A DNA stretch of 25,003 nucleotides from Nanohaloarchaea archaeon B1-Br10_U2g21. GTDB lineage: Archaea > Nanohalarchaeota > Nanosalinia > Nanosalinales > Nanosalinaceae. The stretch lies in NCBI GenBank assembly GCA_001563915.1, contig LKMP01000014.1:1-25003 (forward strand), read 5' to 3'. This document shows, one piece after another, positions 16,329-25,003 of this stretch. Made by a program: the position numbers and the translations under genes. Position 1 is the stretch's first letter, and each line of letters starts with the position of its first letter. Below the pieces are notes generated by a model. The model made no database searches. It was not told the DNA's origin and saw only the letters and a list, made by a program, of their open reading frames with translations.

Positions 16329-17426
16329 ATGAAACATAAAATGAAAACTGCCGTAGTACTTGGAACTCGCGCAGAGCTCATCAAAACATTTCCTGTCATA
16401 AATGAGCTTGAAAAAAGAAGTCACGAAGTACAGTTCATAAGCACAGGTCAGCATCACTTAGAAGACACATGTGAGATGTTAAAGGTAAAAAAACCAGATA
16501 CTATACTCACAGAAACGGTTGAAGATTCATCTAAATTTAACGGCAGCAAAGTCAAAGCTATAGCATGGAACCTTAAGTTATTATTCAAACTCAGAAACAC
16601 TATAATAGAACAGAAACCTGATTACGTACTTTACCATGGGGATACAATGACTACTGCTTCTGCAGCTGTATCCAGCTCAAGAATTATGGCTCCTCTAAGA
16701 AAATTTAAGACGGCGCATATAGAAGCAGGGCTAAGATCGGGATCAATTAGAGAACCTTTCCCAGAAGAGATTTCTCGAATAATAGCGGATATACTCTCAA
16801 ATATACTTTTCTCAGTCTCATATAAGTCCAGTCAAAATCTTAGATTCCATAATAAATTCGGTAAAAAAGTCTTTAACACGGGAAACACCGTCACTGATAG
16901 CGTTGAAATAGCAGAGAAAAAAGAGTCATACAATGAAGACTACTCTGTAGCCACAGTCCATAGGCACGAAAACATTTCCTCTAAAGATAGAATGACTAAA
17001 ATAGTCAAAATATTAGAACAGAGTCCCTACACAGTCAAATTCTTTATGCATGATAATACTAAGAAACTGATGAAAAAACATGGATTAATGAATAGGATAA
17101 AGCAAAACAAAAAAATTGAAGTTACAAGCCTTAAACAGTATCCTGAGTTTCTCTCAGTTCTTAAAAATTCTTCTCTGATATATACTGATGGCGGCAGCAT
17201 ACAGGAAGAAAGTCTGATATTCAAAGTGCCTTGCGTACTTCTCAGAAAAAGAACAGAAAGAAAAGAAGGCTTAGAAACAGATCTCAATTACTTATCAGAG
17301 CTTAATCCAGACAATACACAGAAATACGTTGATAGAATCAATGATATAGATAGAGAAACATCTAATCCATATGGGGAAAAAGGAGCTTCAAAAAGAATAG
17401 TGGATAAACTCGAAGAAATACTTTAA
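16329..17426 (+). CDS. wecB: UDP-N-acetylglucosamine 2-epimerase family protein
   Basis: GTRAE, TGQH, HGDT, HIEAGLRS, PFPEE, HRHEN, TDGGSIQEE, RKRTERKE and NPYG motifs. The start may be the second Met (16341). Confidence 0.9.
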   Translation: MKHKMKTAVVLGTRAELIKTFPVINELEKRSHEVQFISTGQHHLEDTCEMLKVKKPDTILTETVEDSSKFNGSKVKAIAWNLKLLFKLRNTIIEQKPDYVLYHGDTMTTASAAVSSSRIMAPLRKFKTAHIEAGLRSGSIREPFPEEISRIIADILSNILFSVSYKSSQNLRFHNKFGKKVFNTGNTVTDSVEIAEKKESYNEDYSVATVHRHENISSKDRMTKIVKILEQSPYTVKFFMHDNTKKLMKKHGLMNRIKQNKKIEVTSLKQYPEFLSVLKNSSLIYTDGGSIQEESLIFKVPCVLLRKRTERKEGLETDLNYLSELNPDNTQKYVDRINDIDRETSNPYGEKGASKRIVDKLEEIL

Positions 17427-18484
17427 CTATAAAGATCTAGCGTTTTAGACACAATACGATCCCAATCAAACTCCAAGGCCTTCTCACGAGCATTTAAAGA
17501 CATAGAACGCCGAAGCCCATCATCTTCAAGAATGCTCCGGATACAGTTATCAACAGCTTCAGAATTTCTATCCACCAAAAAACCATTTTCACCATCTTCC
17601 ACCATTTCAGGAATAGCAGAATTATTACATCCAATAACTGGAGCACCGCAACTCAGCGCTTCAACATATACAATACCCTGACCCTCATATGCTGAAGGCA
17701 TTACAAAAATGCTTTCAGAGTACAACTCAACCAACTGTTTATCAGAAATATTCTTCAAAAACTTTACGCTATCTTCTAGGCCCTTTTCCCTAGTTTTTTT
17801 CTTCAAATCTTCTTCTAAACGGCCTCTCCCCACCATCACAAGCTCTAAATCAGGGAAGTCCTTCACTAACTTGCTGAAAGCATCCAAAACGATTTCTGGT
17901 CCTTTACGTTCTATGAAATAACCTACGTAAAGCAACTGGTTATCAAAATCCTTCACAAAACGAAACTTTTCTGTATCCACACCATTGTAAATAGTAGTAA
18001 TTTTATCTTCTTCCACGGAATAATGCTCAACCACTTCTCGAGCAGTATTTTCTGATACAGCAACGACTTTATCGAAGCTCCTTACACAAAGTCTTTCAGG
18101 TAAATGCACAAGCTTAGCTACAGACTTCAACCATTCGCGAGAAATTAACTCATAAGCAATACCATGAACAGTATAAACAAAATCAGAATCCTTCCCAGAC
18201 CGCTTAGCAAGATAACCTGCAAGACCCGGAACACCATGACAATGCACAACATCAAACTCATTCTCCTTCAAAAAACTGTACATTGCAGGAACAGTACCAT
18301 AACCCTTAACATTAGGTAGTCTACTCGAAACCTCAACCACTTCTACACCTTCTATATCTTCTCCACTAACACATAGAACAGTCAAATCAACGACATGTCC
18401 CATTCTCTTACTCAACTCATAAACATGTCTTCCCAGCCCACCATCCATAGGATCACAAGACTCGGCGACAATACAAACTTCCAT
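17423..18484 (-). CDS. Glycosyltransferase family 4 (GT-B)
   Basis: The true start is probably MEVCIV at 18484; the ORF-track extension overlaps the opposite-strand gene. Motifs GGLGRHV, DVVHCH, YTVHG, IYNGVD, RKG and PSAYEGQGIVYVEALSCGAPVI. Confidence 0.92.
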   Translation of the reverse strand: MEVCIVAESCDPMDGGLGRHVYELSKRMGHVVDLTVLCVSGEDIEGVEVVEVSSRLPNVKGYGTVPAMYSFLKENEFDVVHCHGVPGLAGYLAKRSGKDSDFVYTVHGIAYELISREWLKSVAKLVHLPERLCVRSFDKVVAVSENTAREVVEHYSVEEDKITTIYNGVDTEKFRFVKDFDNQLLYVGYFIERKGPEIVLDAFSKLVKDFPDLELVMVGRGRLEEDLKKKTREKGLEDSVKFLKNISDKQLVELYSESIFVMPSAYEGQGIVYVEALSCGAPVIGCNNSAIPEMVEDGENGFLVDRNSEAVDNCIRSILEDDGLRRSMSLNAREKALEFDWDRIVSKTLDLYS

Positions 18485-18566
18485 AACTAAAAACACAGCA
18501 TTCAAACAACTTAAAAACTCTCCGAAGACGCGAAGGTTAAAAACCATAGAACCAGAAACTAACTGT

Positions 18567-19067
18567 ATGTACAAAAAGACGCTCACAGTACTTCTAACAG
18601 CTCTAATTTTAACAGGAATCGCAGCAGCACAAATAGGCGAAGTCGATGAAACAGAACTGGACGAGACTGACCTAGAAGAACAGGATATAGAACAGGCAGA
18701 AGAAGCAGAACAAGAAGTGCAAGACGCGTTCATAGAAGAGTCAACTCTAGACTTCGAAAATGTTACTGAAGAAGTACCAAGACCAGTAACAATGATAATG
18801 CCCTCACAACGCATAAACATTGAAATGACAGGCCTAGAAGAACAATTCTCAATGACTATGGAGCCAAGACAAGGAGAAATGGCATTAAATCAGACTCACG
18901 TCGATAACCCTACCTTAGAAGTCTGGATAAACGAAGAAGCAATTAAAAACCAAGAAATAGACGTAGAAAACATTGGAGAACACATCAAAGAAGAAAACAT
19001 AGAATACGAACCACACTCATGGTTCAATAGAATTATGGTATTCATTGCAGAAACAATACTGCTCTAA
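18567..19067 (+). CDS. Secreted or surface acidic protein
   Basis: Signal peptide MYKKTLTVLLTALILTGIAAA, an E/D/Q-rich linker and a globular C-terminus (possibly SCP2-like; weak). Confidence 0.78.
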   Translation: MYKKTLTVLLTALILTGIAAAQIGEVDETELDETDLEEQDIEQAEEAEQEVQDAFIEESTLDFENVTEEVPRPVTMIMPSQRINIEMTGLEEQFSMTMEPRQGEMALNQTHVDNPTLEVWINEEAIKNQEIDVENIGEHIKEENIEYEPHSWFNRIMVFIAETILL

Positions 19068-19106
19068 CAAAAACCCCTCTATCAAGTACATTATGCTCTA
19101 GGAAAA

Positions 19107-19964
19107 ATGGAAATATCAATAATACTACCAACATACAACAGAAAAGAAAAACTAGAACAATCCCTAGAAGCACTAACAAAACTAAACTACCCTAACAAAA
19201 AATACGAAATAACAATAATCAATGACGGATCAAGAGACAACACAAAAAAATTCCTAGAAGAAAAAGAACAAGAAATAAACAACCTCAAAGCCATACATCA
19301 CGAAAAAAATCAAGGCATCGCGAAAACACGAAATACAGGCCTAAAACACGCCGAAGCAGAAAAATATATTTTCTTCACAGACGACGACTGCATCGTACCA
19401 AAAGACTGGATTCAACAACACCTCAAACACTACAAAAAAGACTCTGAATTAGATGCAGTCAACGGAATACAGTGGCCATCTAAAATGAATTATGTCGAGG
19501 CCTTCAAAATAGCCAGGCATCATCACCGATACAGAAACAAAGAAATAGTAAAAGATAGACTAACATCCTTTGGAGAAACTAACAACCTATCCTATCGCAC
19601 CCAAGTAATAGAACAAGTAGGAGAATTCAATCCTGACCATGTTAGAGGAAGTGACACAGAATACGGCAAAAGAGTCATAGAAAACGGACATAAAGTATTA
19701 CTTGACCCTACTATCAAGGTAAAACATCTCAAAACCGACACACTAAAAGACTTCCTTAAAACCAAATACAGGCTTGGAAAATCAGTCAAAAAACTAGAAA
19801 ACCAAGAAGAAGTCAGAAACCAGAGAAAAACTACAGACAAAAACCACGTAATACAGGCCTGGAAACACTACAACCAAAATGTAAATCCAATATACAGACC
19901 CTTATTCCCAATACTCGGAGTAATGAGCGTGGCCGCAAGAAAAACAGGAGAGATCAACTCTTAG
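19107..19964 (+). CDS. Glycosyltransferase family 2 (GT-A)
   Basis: ISIILPTYNR, IINDGSRD, NQGIAKTRNTG, FTDDD and GSDTEYG. Confidence 0.93.
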   Translation: MEISIILPTYNRKEKLEQSLEALTKLNYPNKKYEITIINDGSRDNTKKFLEEKEQEINNLKAIHHEKNQGIAKTRNTGLKHAEAEKYIFFTDDDCIVPKDWIQQHLKHYKKDSELDAVNGIQWPSKMNYVEAFKIARHHHRYRNKEIVKDRLTSFGETNNLSYRTQVIEQVGEFNPDHVRGSDTEYGKRVIENGHKVLLDPTIKVKHLKTDTLKDFLKTKYRLGKSVKKLENQEEVRNQRKTTDKNHVIQAWKHYNQNVNPIYRPLFPILGVMSVAARKTGEINS

Positions 19965-21141
19965 CCTTTTGAAATGATGTAATAAGTTTATCAATTTCTT
20001 GCTCAATACTAATATTTTCAACTCTCTCTCTTCCTCTTTTTCCAAGTTCTTGCTTTTTCTTTTCATCCTCTAAAAGAGTCTTAATATCTTTCTTAAGACT
20101 ATCAATGTCCCTAGGCGTAGATAGTAGCCCATTATTCCCATCTTCTATTAATTCAGGTATTGCTGAAATATCTGTGGAAATACAGGGAATGCCGACGGAC
20201 ATTGCCTCTTTTAGAACAACAGGCATAGCATCACGATCTCCGTTCTCCGCAATTACACAAGGAAGCAAGAATATCTCTGCTTCACTGTATTCTCTCATTA
20301 ATTTTTCATCAGAAACTTTGCCTAAAAGCGTTACATTGTCCATTAAATCAATTTCTTTAATATTTTCCTCAAGTTCATCTCTCAGCTCGCCTTCGCCTAC
20401 TATGTGATATTCAAGATGGTCATAACCTTCTTCTAAGAGTTCTTTAAACGCTTTCAATCCATATTTTATGCCCTTTTTTTCCACTAATCTTCCAACTGTC
20501 AAAATTCTGCCATTACAAACATTTCTCTTAATATTTGAAAATTTCTCAAAACTGCTTGTAGCATAAACCACGTCGATAGGAGTCTCAAATTCATAATTCT
20601 CCAATATATATTCTTTATTATATTCTGAAGCAGATACGACTCTATCGGATTCGTTTAAAACTTTAGTTTTAATATCATGGTTATCTGAGGTAAATATATC
20701 TATAGCGTGAACTGCTACTGAAAAAGAACAGTTTTTAGATTTGGCGCCGTACAGGCCTCCGAGTTTATCAGAAGATACAAAATGTCCATGAACATGGTCG
20801 GGCTCAAAATTAAGATCATCGATAAAATTAGCAAACTGGCAGCCCAAAAATGCCTCATAAAATGAAATTAAAGGTTTTGAACTCATGAAAGAAGACTTCC
20901 AACCAGCAGGACTTACAAAGTTGCCTGAAGCGCAGTTCTTCAATCCCTTTAAGCTTAGATCATCAGCATAACTAACATCAATATCTAATTCTACTAATTC
21001 GTCATGCTGTAAATTTTCTTTAGGATTATTAACTGCGAACACAGCCACATTGTGACCTCTACGATCTAACTCATAGATTTCGTTCAAGACAAAAGACTCG
21101 GACAGTTTTGGAAATAAACCACAGTAATAGACAATGTTCAT
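19954..21141 (-). CDS. Glycosyltransferase family 4, WcaL-like
   Basis: FPKLSESFVLNE, HVHGHF, HAIDIF, VGRLVEKKG and GDRDAMPVVLKEAMSVGIP. Confidence 0.92.
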   Translation of the reverse strand: MNIVYYCGLFPKLSESFVLNEIYELDRRGHNVAVFAVNNPKENLQHDELVELDIDVSYADDLSLKGLKNCASGNFVSPAGWKSSFMSSKPLISFYEAFLGCQFANFIDDLNFEPDHVHGHFVSSDKLGGLYGAKSKNCSFSVAVHAIDIFTSDNHDIKTKVLNESDRVVSASEYNKEYILENYEFETPIDVVYATSSFEKFSNIKRNVCNGRILTVGRLVEKKGIKYGLKAFKELLEEGYDHLEYHIVGEGELRDELEENIKEIDLMDNVTLLGKVSDEKLMREYSEAEIFLLPCVIAENGDRDAMPVVLKEAMSVGIPCISTDISAIPELIEDGNNGLLSTPRDIDSLKKDIKTLLEDEKKKQELGKRGRERVENISIEQEIDKLITSFQKAKS

Positions 21142-21172
21142 AGAAAATATTTGAAGAATTGAACTAAAAATA

Positions 21173-21874
21173 CTAAGCTTCTTTATGTCTTGCAGCTACT
21201 ATAACAGGTATTTCTTCTATATCTAAAATCTTAGCTATAGATAGTCTATGTGCTCCAAAACCTGCATAAAGTAATTTGCCGTCCCTACCAATATCAACTG
21301 TGACTTCATTGAGTTCAGGAGGAACAGGCTCATTATTGGAAACTTCAAGATCTTCTCGATCCATAATCTCTTTCTGCGTCAAATAACCATTCTCTTTAAT
21401 CGAGTTATACAACTTTTCAATATCTTTCAGACGGTCTTCAAAATCGTCAATCGACGTATAGCCCCAAGGCCTAGAATCATCAGACTCAATATGTTCTTTA
21501 AAATATGAAAGTAAGCCTTCGCTCTCACCATCTTCTATATAGTCTCTTATCTCATTTACAGGGATAAATTTTTCTATAGGCCTAGTAGGGTTATAAGCGC
21601 AATATTTAGGTACTTTATCTTGATCCCATTCGCCTCCAACCTTAGCTCCATAAAGTCTGGGCGGACTAAGCCCTGAACGATATTTGATTTGATTGGGGTT
21701 AAGGTATTTCTTCTGGAAAGGCTTTTTCTGGTGTTGATGGTATAAGTTGGAAATAGTCTCTACTATGGAGAACTTTTTCTTTTTATTTATTAGGCTTCTT
21801 TCTCTGTAGAAAAATCTGATCAAGTTTATTTTAATATCAACAGATTTTAGATATAAAGTATTCTTTATGGCCAT
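21173..21874 (-). CDS. ParB/Sulfiredoxin-like domain protein (glycosylation-cluster associated)
   Basis: LYNSIKENGY...VDIGRDGKLL...GAHRLSIAKILDIEEIPV matches the ParB/Srx core. It overlaps the end of the dehydrogenase gene. Confidence 0.72.
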   Translation of the reverse strand: MAIKNTLYLKSVDIKINLIRFFYRERSLINKKKKFSIVETISNLYHQHQKKPFQKKYLNPNQIKYRSGLSPPRLYGAKVGGEWDQDKVPKYCAYNPTRPIEKFIPVNEIRDYIEDGESEGLLSYFKEHIESDDSRPWGYTSIDDFEDRLKDIEKLYNSIKENGYLTQKEIMDREDLEVSNNEPVPPELNEVTVDIGRDGKLLYAGFGAHRLSIAKILDIEEIPVIVAARHKEA

Positions 21875-23154
21875 GTTATCCCTTTCGTGTTTTCTTTCGG
21901 AACTTCATATTTCATTCTTCGGCCTTCCAGGATCAGAGGCCTTTTCATTTTTTTGAGATCTTCTCTGTTGATTTGGTTGAATTCTGGCCAGTCTGTTACT
22001 ATTAATGCTGCGTCAGAGTTCTTCAAGGCATGTTGATAGTTGTCGGTGTAGTTTATATCTGGATGTATTTCTTTCATGTTTTCAACGGCTTTAGGATCGT
22101 AGGCCTTTACTTCTACATTTTTTTCTTTGAGTTCTGAGATTATATTGATTGCTGGGCTTTGTCGGATGTCATCGGTCTTGGGTTTAAAGGATAGGCCTAG
22201 TACTGCTATTGTTTTCTCTTTTAGTTTCATCTCTTTTTCTAGTTGTTCAACTAATTTTGTTTTCTGCTTTACATTAGTCTCGATAACCTTCTCTAGTAGT
22301 TCTGTTTTTTCACCCTGGGTTTCGCTGAACTTGATTAAAGCTCTCACATCTTTTGGAAAACAACTTCCTCCAAAACCAGCGCCTGAGTCTAGAAAGCTTC
22401 TTTCTATTCTTGAGTCGAGACCTATGCCGTCTGCTACTTCGTAGACATCAATTCCGAGTTCTTTGCATAGGTTTCCTATTTCATTGATGAAGGATATTTT
22501 TGTAGCGAGTAATGAGTTTGAAGCGTATTTGATTAGTTCTGCTTCTTTGAGACCTGTTCTCATTAGAGGGGCATCAAAATCAGAATAAATTTTCTCAACT
22601 AGGTCGCCTGATTTATTATCTAGCTCTCCTATAACTATTCTATCAGGATTTAAAAAATCATCAAGAGCTGTTCCTTCGCGCAAAAACTCAGGGTTCATAC
22701 ATACTCCGAAATCTTTTCGTGCTTTCTTACCTGATTCCTCAAGTAGAGGTATTACTTCTTCTTCAGTAGTTGTCGGAACCACTGTACTTTTCACAACTAC
22801 TACTCCGTAGCCTTCTTTCTGCTCTAAACCGTTCGCTACGTCTTTTGAAGCCTGTCTAATGTAGTCGAGAGTGATGTCTCCCTCGTTTTCCATTGGAGTA
22901 CCAACCGCTAGAAATATTACATCAGCGTTTTTCACTGCATCAATAGTATCTGTTGTTGCTTTCAATTGCCTATTAGAAACAACTTCTTCAAGCAGTTCGG
23001 GCAGGCCATCTTCGTATATTGGACACCTTCCTCTGTTGATTTCCTCTACTTTTTCTTCATCGATGTCAACGCATGTCACGTTGTGGCCATGTGATGCTAG
23101 GCCTGCTCCGGCCGGTAAGCCCACATAGCCAGTACCGATGATTGATATGTTCAT
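21865..23154 (-). CDS. ugd: UDP-glucose 6-dehydrogenase (UDP-glucose/GDP-mannose dehydrogenase family, AglM-like)
   Basis: GTGYVG, AVGTP, KSTV, NPEFLREG, KYASNSLLATKISFINE, GFGGSCFPKD and FKPKTDDIR. Confidence 0.95.
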   Translation of the reverse strand: MNISIIGTGYVGLPAGAGLASHGHNVTCVDIDEEKVEEINRGRCPIYEDGLPELLEEVVSNRQLKATTDTIDAVKNADVIFLAVGTPMENEGDITLDYIRQASKDVANGLEQKEGYGVVVVKSTVVPTTTEEEVIPLLEESGKKARKDFGVCMNPEFLREGTALDDFLNPDRIVIGELDNKSGDLVEKIYSDFDAPLMRTGLKEAELIKYASNSLLATKISFINEIGNLCKELGIDVYEVADGIGLDSRIERSFLDSGAGFGGSCFPKDVRALIKFSETQGEKTELLEKVIETNVKQKTKLVEQLEKEMKLKEKTIAVLGLSFKPKTDDIRQSPAINIISELKEKNVEVKAYDPKAVENMKEIHPDINYTDNYQHALKNSDAALIVTDWPEFNQINREDLKKMKRPLILEGRRMKYEVPKENTKGITWP

Positions 23155-23207
23155 AGGAGAAAGTTTGTAAATCAGTGATAAAAGTGATTGGTTTTCAATT
23201 ATTTGTT

Positions 23208-23936
23208 ATGAAAGGAGTTATTCCAGCTGCTGGGAGAGGAACGCGTATGAGGCCTTTCACTAAGGCTTACCCGAAGGAACTTTTGCCTGTGGGTGAGAAG
23301 GCTGTTATTGAGCATGGTATTAATGATTTGAAGAATGCAGGGATTACTGAGATTTGTGTGGTTGTAGGTTGGAAGCAGCATGCTATTCTTGATTACTTGG
23401 GTTCTGGGAAGCGTTTTGGAGTAGATATTACATATAAGGTGCAGGATCAACGGAATGGGTTAGCGACTGCTATTAGGTGTGCTGAAAGTTTTGTTGGAGA
23501 CGAAAGTTTTGCAGTAGTTCTAGGAGATAATTATGTAGATGATAAGTCTGCTCTGAATGATCTTAAAGAGTTTCATGAACGTAAGGGTTTCGAAGCAACT
23601 ATTGGGGCTTTTAGGCCTGAAGATGTGACTTCTTATGGAGTTATTGATCCAGGAGAGAACAATTTGGTAGAAGGAATGGTTGAGAAGCCTAATGTTGAGG
23701 ATGCGCCGTCTAATATTGCTATTTCAGGACTTTATATCTTTGAAAGCTCGATATTCAAGGCTATAGATGATATTGGAGTCAGTGATAGAGATGAATATGA
23801 GCTGACTGATGCAATTGATTTAGTAAGGAAAGAAACAGGCAAAGTAGGTTACCGAGATATTAAAGGTTCAAGGATAGACGTAGGCACGCCAGAGAGATTA
23901 AGAGAAGCTAACAAAGAGTTTGATCACCGAGATTAA
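23208..23936 (+). CDS. Sugar-1-phosphate nucleotidyltransferase (GalU/AglF/RmlA-like)
   Basis: PAAGRGTRMRPFT-x-x-x-PKELLPV, GLATAI, LGDN, VEKP, ELTDAI and DVGTP. The ATG at 23208 is preferred over the GTG at 23175. Confidence 0.92.
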   Translation: MKGVIPAAGRGTRMRPFTKAYPKELLPVGEKAVIEHGINDLKNAGITEICVVVGWKQHAILDYLGSGKRFGVDITYKVQDQRNGLATAIRCAESFVGDESFAVVLGDNYVDDKSALNDLKEFHERKGFEATIGAFRPEDVTSYGVIDPGENNLVEGMVEKPNVEDAPSNIAISGLYIFESSIFKAIDDIGVSDRDEYELTDAIDLVRKETGKVGYRDIKGSRIDVGTPERLREANKEFDHRD

Positions 23937-24717
23937 ACAAGTATTGTATGTCAGGGTGTTGCTTGAGTTTTTCAGGCAACGTCTCAGGGTTTTGTATTGC
24001 TTGGTTTCTTTTTTCTTGCCATTTTCTGTGTCTTATTAAAATTCTTATAGGTATTTTTTCTAAGTCCAGTATTTTTGCTATAGTGAGTCTATGTCGTCCG
24101 TCGTGAAGCAATAGTTCTCCTTTTCGGTCTATGTCAATTATTACTTCGTTTAAGTTGTTTAGATAGTAGTCTATGTATTCTTTTTCGTGCACTCTAGTTA
24201 TCTGGTTTAGTTGTTTCTGGGTTTTGTAGCCCTGATCTTTTATGTTATTGTAGAGCTGGTCTATGCGTTTACAGACTTTTTCTAGGTCCTTTATGTTTTT
24301 ACAGCCATACATACTTTTGCCGCGGTTTATTTTTTGTTTTTCTTTTTTGTAGAGTTTTGTTTCTTCCCATTTTGCATGATTTTCGAAACGTTTTTTCAAT
24401 GAGGTATAGGTGTGGTTTTTATGTAGAGAATGAGTGTGTTTTTGATCCCAGTCTCCATCTACTATGACGGGTTTGAATGGGTCTTTAACTTGTTCTATGT
24501 TTCTGTGTTTTACTATTTTTTCTACGTTTTGTGGATTAATCCATATTATTTTCAGAGGGTTTATTGGTGCTTTTTCTTTTCTGTATTTTATCTTGCAATG
24601 TGTTTTCAGGTAGACTGTTAGGTAGGTTCTATAGAGGGTTCCTAGAATATTTTTAACTGGGTCTGGGTATTTTCTCCATTGGGATAGGGAGATATTTTCT
24701 GGTAATCCGACTGCCAT
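23908..24717 (-). CDS. ParB/Sulfiredoxin-like domain protein, paralog of 21173-21874
   Basis: LYNNIKDQGY...IDIDRKGELLLHDGRHRLTIAKILDLEKIPI. The ATG is coupled to the upstream stop (TAATG). Confidence 0.75.
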   Translation of the reverse strand: MAVGLPENISLSQWRKYPDPVKNILGTLYRTYLTVYLKTHCKIKYRKEKAPINPLKIIWINPQNVEKIVKHRNIEQVKDPFKPVIVDGDWDQKHTHSLHKNHTYTSLKKRFENHAKWEETKLYKKEKQKINRGKSMYGCKNIKDLEKVCKRIDQLYNNIKDQGYKTQKQLNQITRVHEKEYIDYYLNNLNEVIIDIDRKGELLLHDGRHRLTIAKILDLEKIPIRILIRHRKWQEKRNQAIQNPETLPEKLKQHPDIQYLFNLGDQTLC

Positions 24718-25003
24718 TAGGAATACCTCTCAATTAGGCTCTCTATTTTTTTGTTTTCGAAACCAGTCGTTTCTTGCACATATTTGAGTACAACTAGGTC
24801 TTCTTCTTCCAGCGTTCTAGTTACTAATGTCAGACCTAGATAGACTGCTCCATAAAGAGGTAATGCCACAACTAGATACCATAATGGCGTTGTTTCAAAC
24901 GCCAGTAAAGCTATTAAGAAAACTGCTAGCGCTGCAAGACCTGAACTAGTTATTATTTTAAGGATAATCGGACGAAATGGCTGTATATCAGCAAGATACT
25001 CCA
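24717..25003 (-). CDS. 3' end of a polytopic membrane protein, probably an oligosaccharide flippase (Wzx/AglR-like)
   Basis: Manual translation ...DIQPFRPIILKIITSSGLAALAVFLIALLAFETTPLWYLVVALPLYGAVYLGLTLVTRTLEEEDLVVL...ERYS* shows two TM helices and an EED tail typical of archaeal flippases. The glycosylation context supports this. Confidence 0.65.
   Translation of the reverse strand, partial: EYLADIQPFRPIILKIITSSGLAALAVFLIALLAFETTPLWYLVVALPLYGAVYLGLTLVTRTLEEEDLVVLKYVQETTGFENKKIESLIERYS

Noticed and set aside
18485..18820. N-terminal 112-aa extension of the GT4 ORF in the ORF track
   Set aside because: It is the Ser-rich antisense shadow of the real + strand gene 18567-19067. The GT4 fold starts at MEVCIV (18484).
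216..24621. Many short opposite-strand ORFs (e.g. 216-548, 5050-5328, 10977-11510, 15087-15377, 20105-20407, 22127-22444, 24430-24621)
   Set aside because: They are Ser/Phe/Leu-rich antisense shadows lying within well-supported genes.
21173..24717. Chromosome partition (parABS) system near the origin
   Set aside because: There is no ParA, no HTH in the ParB-like proteins and no parS-like palindromes, and the genes are coupled to glycosylation genes.
1..25003. CRISPR array, IS element, integrase, rRNA or tRNA genes
   Set aside because: I saw no regularly spaced 25-40 bp repeats, no transposase or integrase motifs and no rRNA or tRNA signatures.

Overview
Compact, AT-rich archaeal chromosome segment. 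The core proteins are acidic and several genes look leaderless, which best fits a halophilic DPANN lineage such as Nanohaloarchaeota (inference from style, not proven). The centre holds a replication locus: an ORB-containing origin (about 15.56-16.04 kb) directly upstream of cdc6/orc1 - DP1 - DP2 (PolD). DP2 carries a 490-aa LAGLIDADG intein at the R|TMDAP site, while the usual RRN|CDGDED site is empty. To the left are a CBS protein, three uncharacterised paralogs in one operon, a lipoprotein, DUF167, an HD-domain hydrolase and a TetR regulator divergent from an ABC ATPase/COG1361 module. To the right is a surface-glycosylation cluster: wecB, GT4 x2, GT2, UDP-glucose dehydrogenase, a nucleotidyltransferase, a flippase end and two ParB/Srx-like paralogs. 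The best feature not in the ORF track is a ~75-nt intergenic RNA (4672-4746, minus strand) with archaeal box H/ACA guide architecture (lower stem, bipartite pocket, K-turn, ANA box 14 nt below the upper stem). Its pocket reads out GUAAC-U-N-UGAC, matching 23S rRNA helix 69 U1915.
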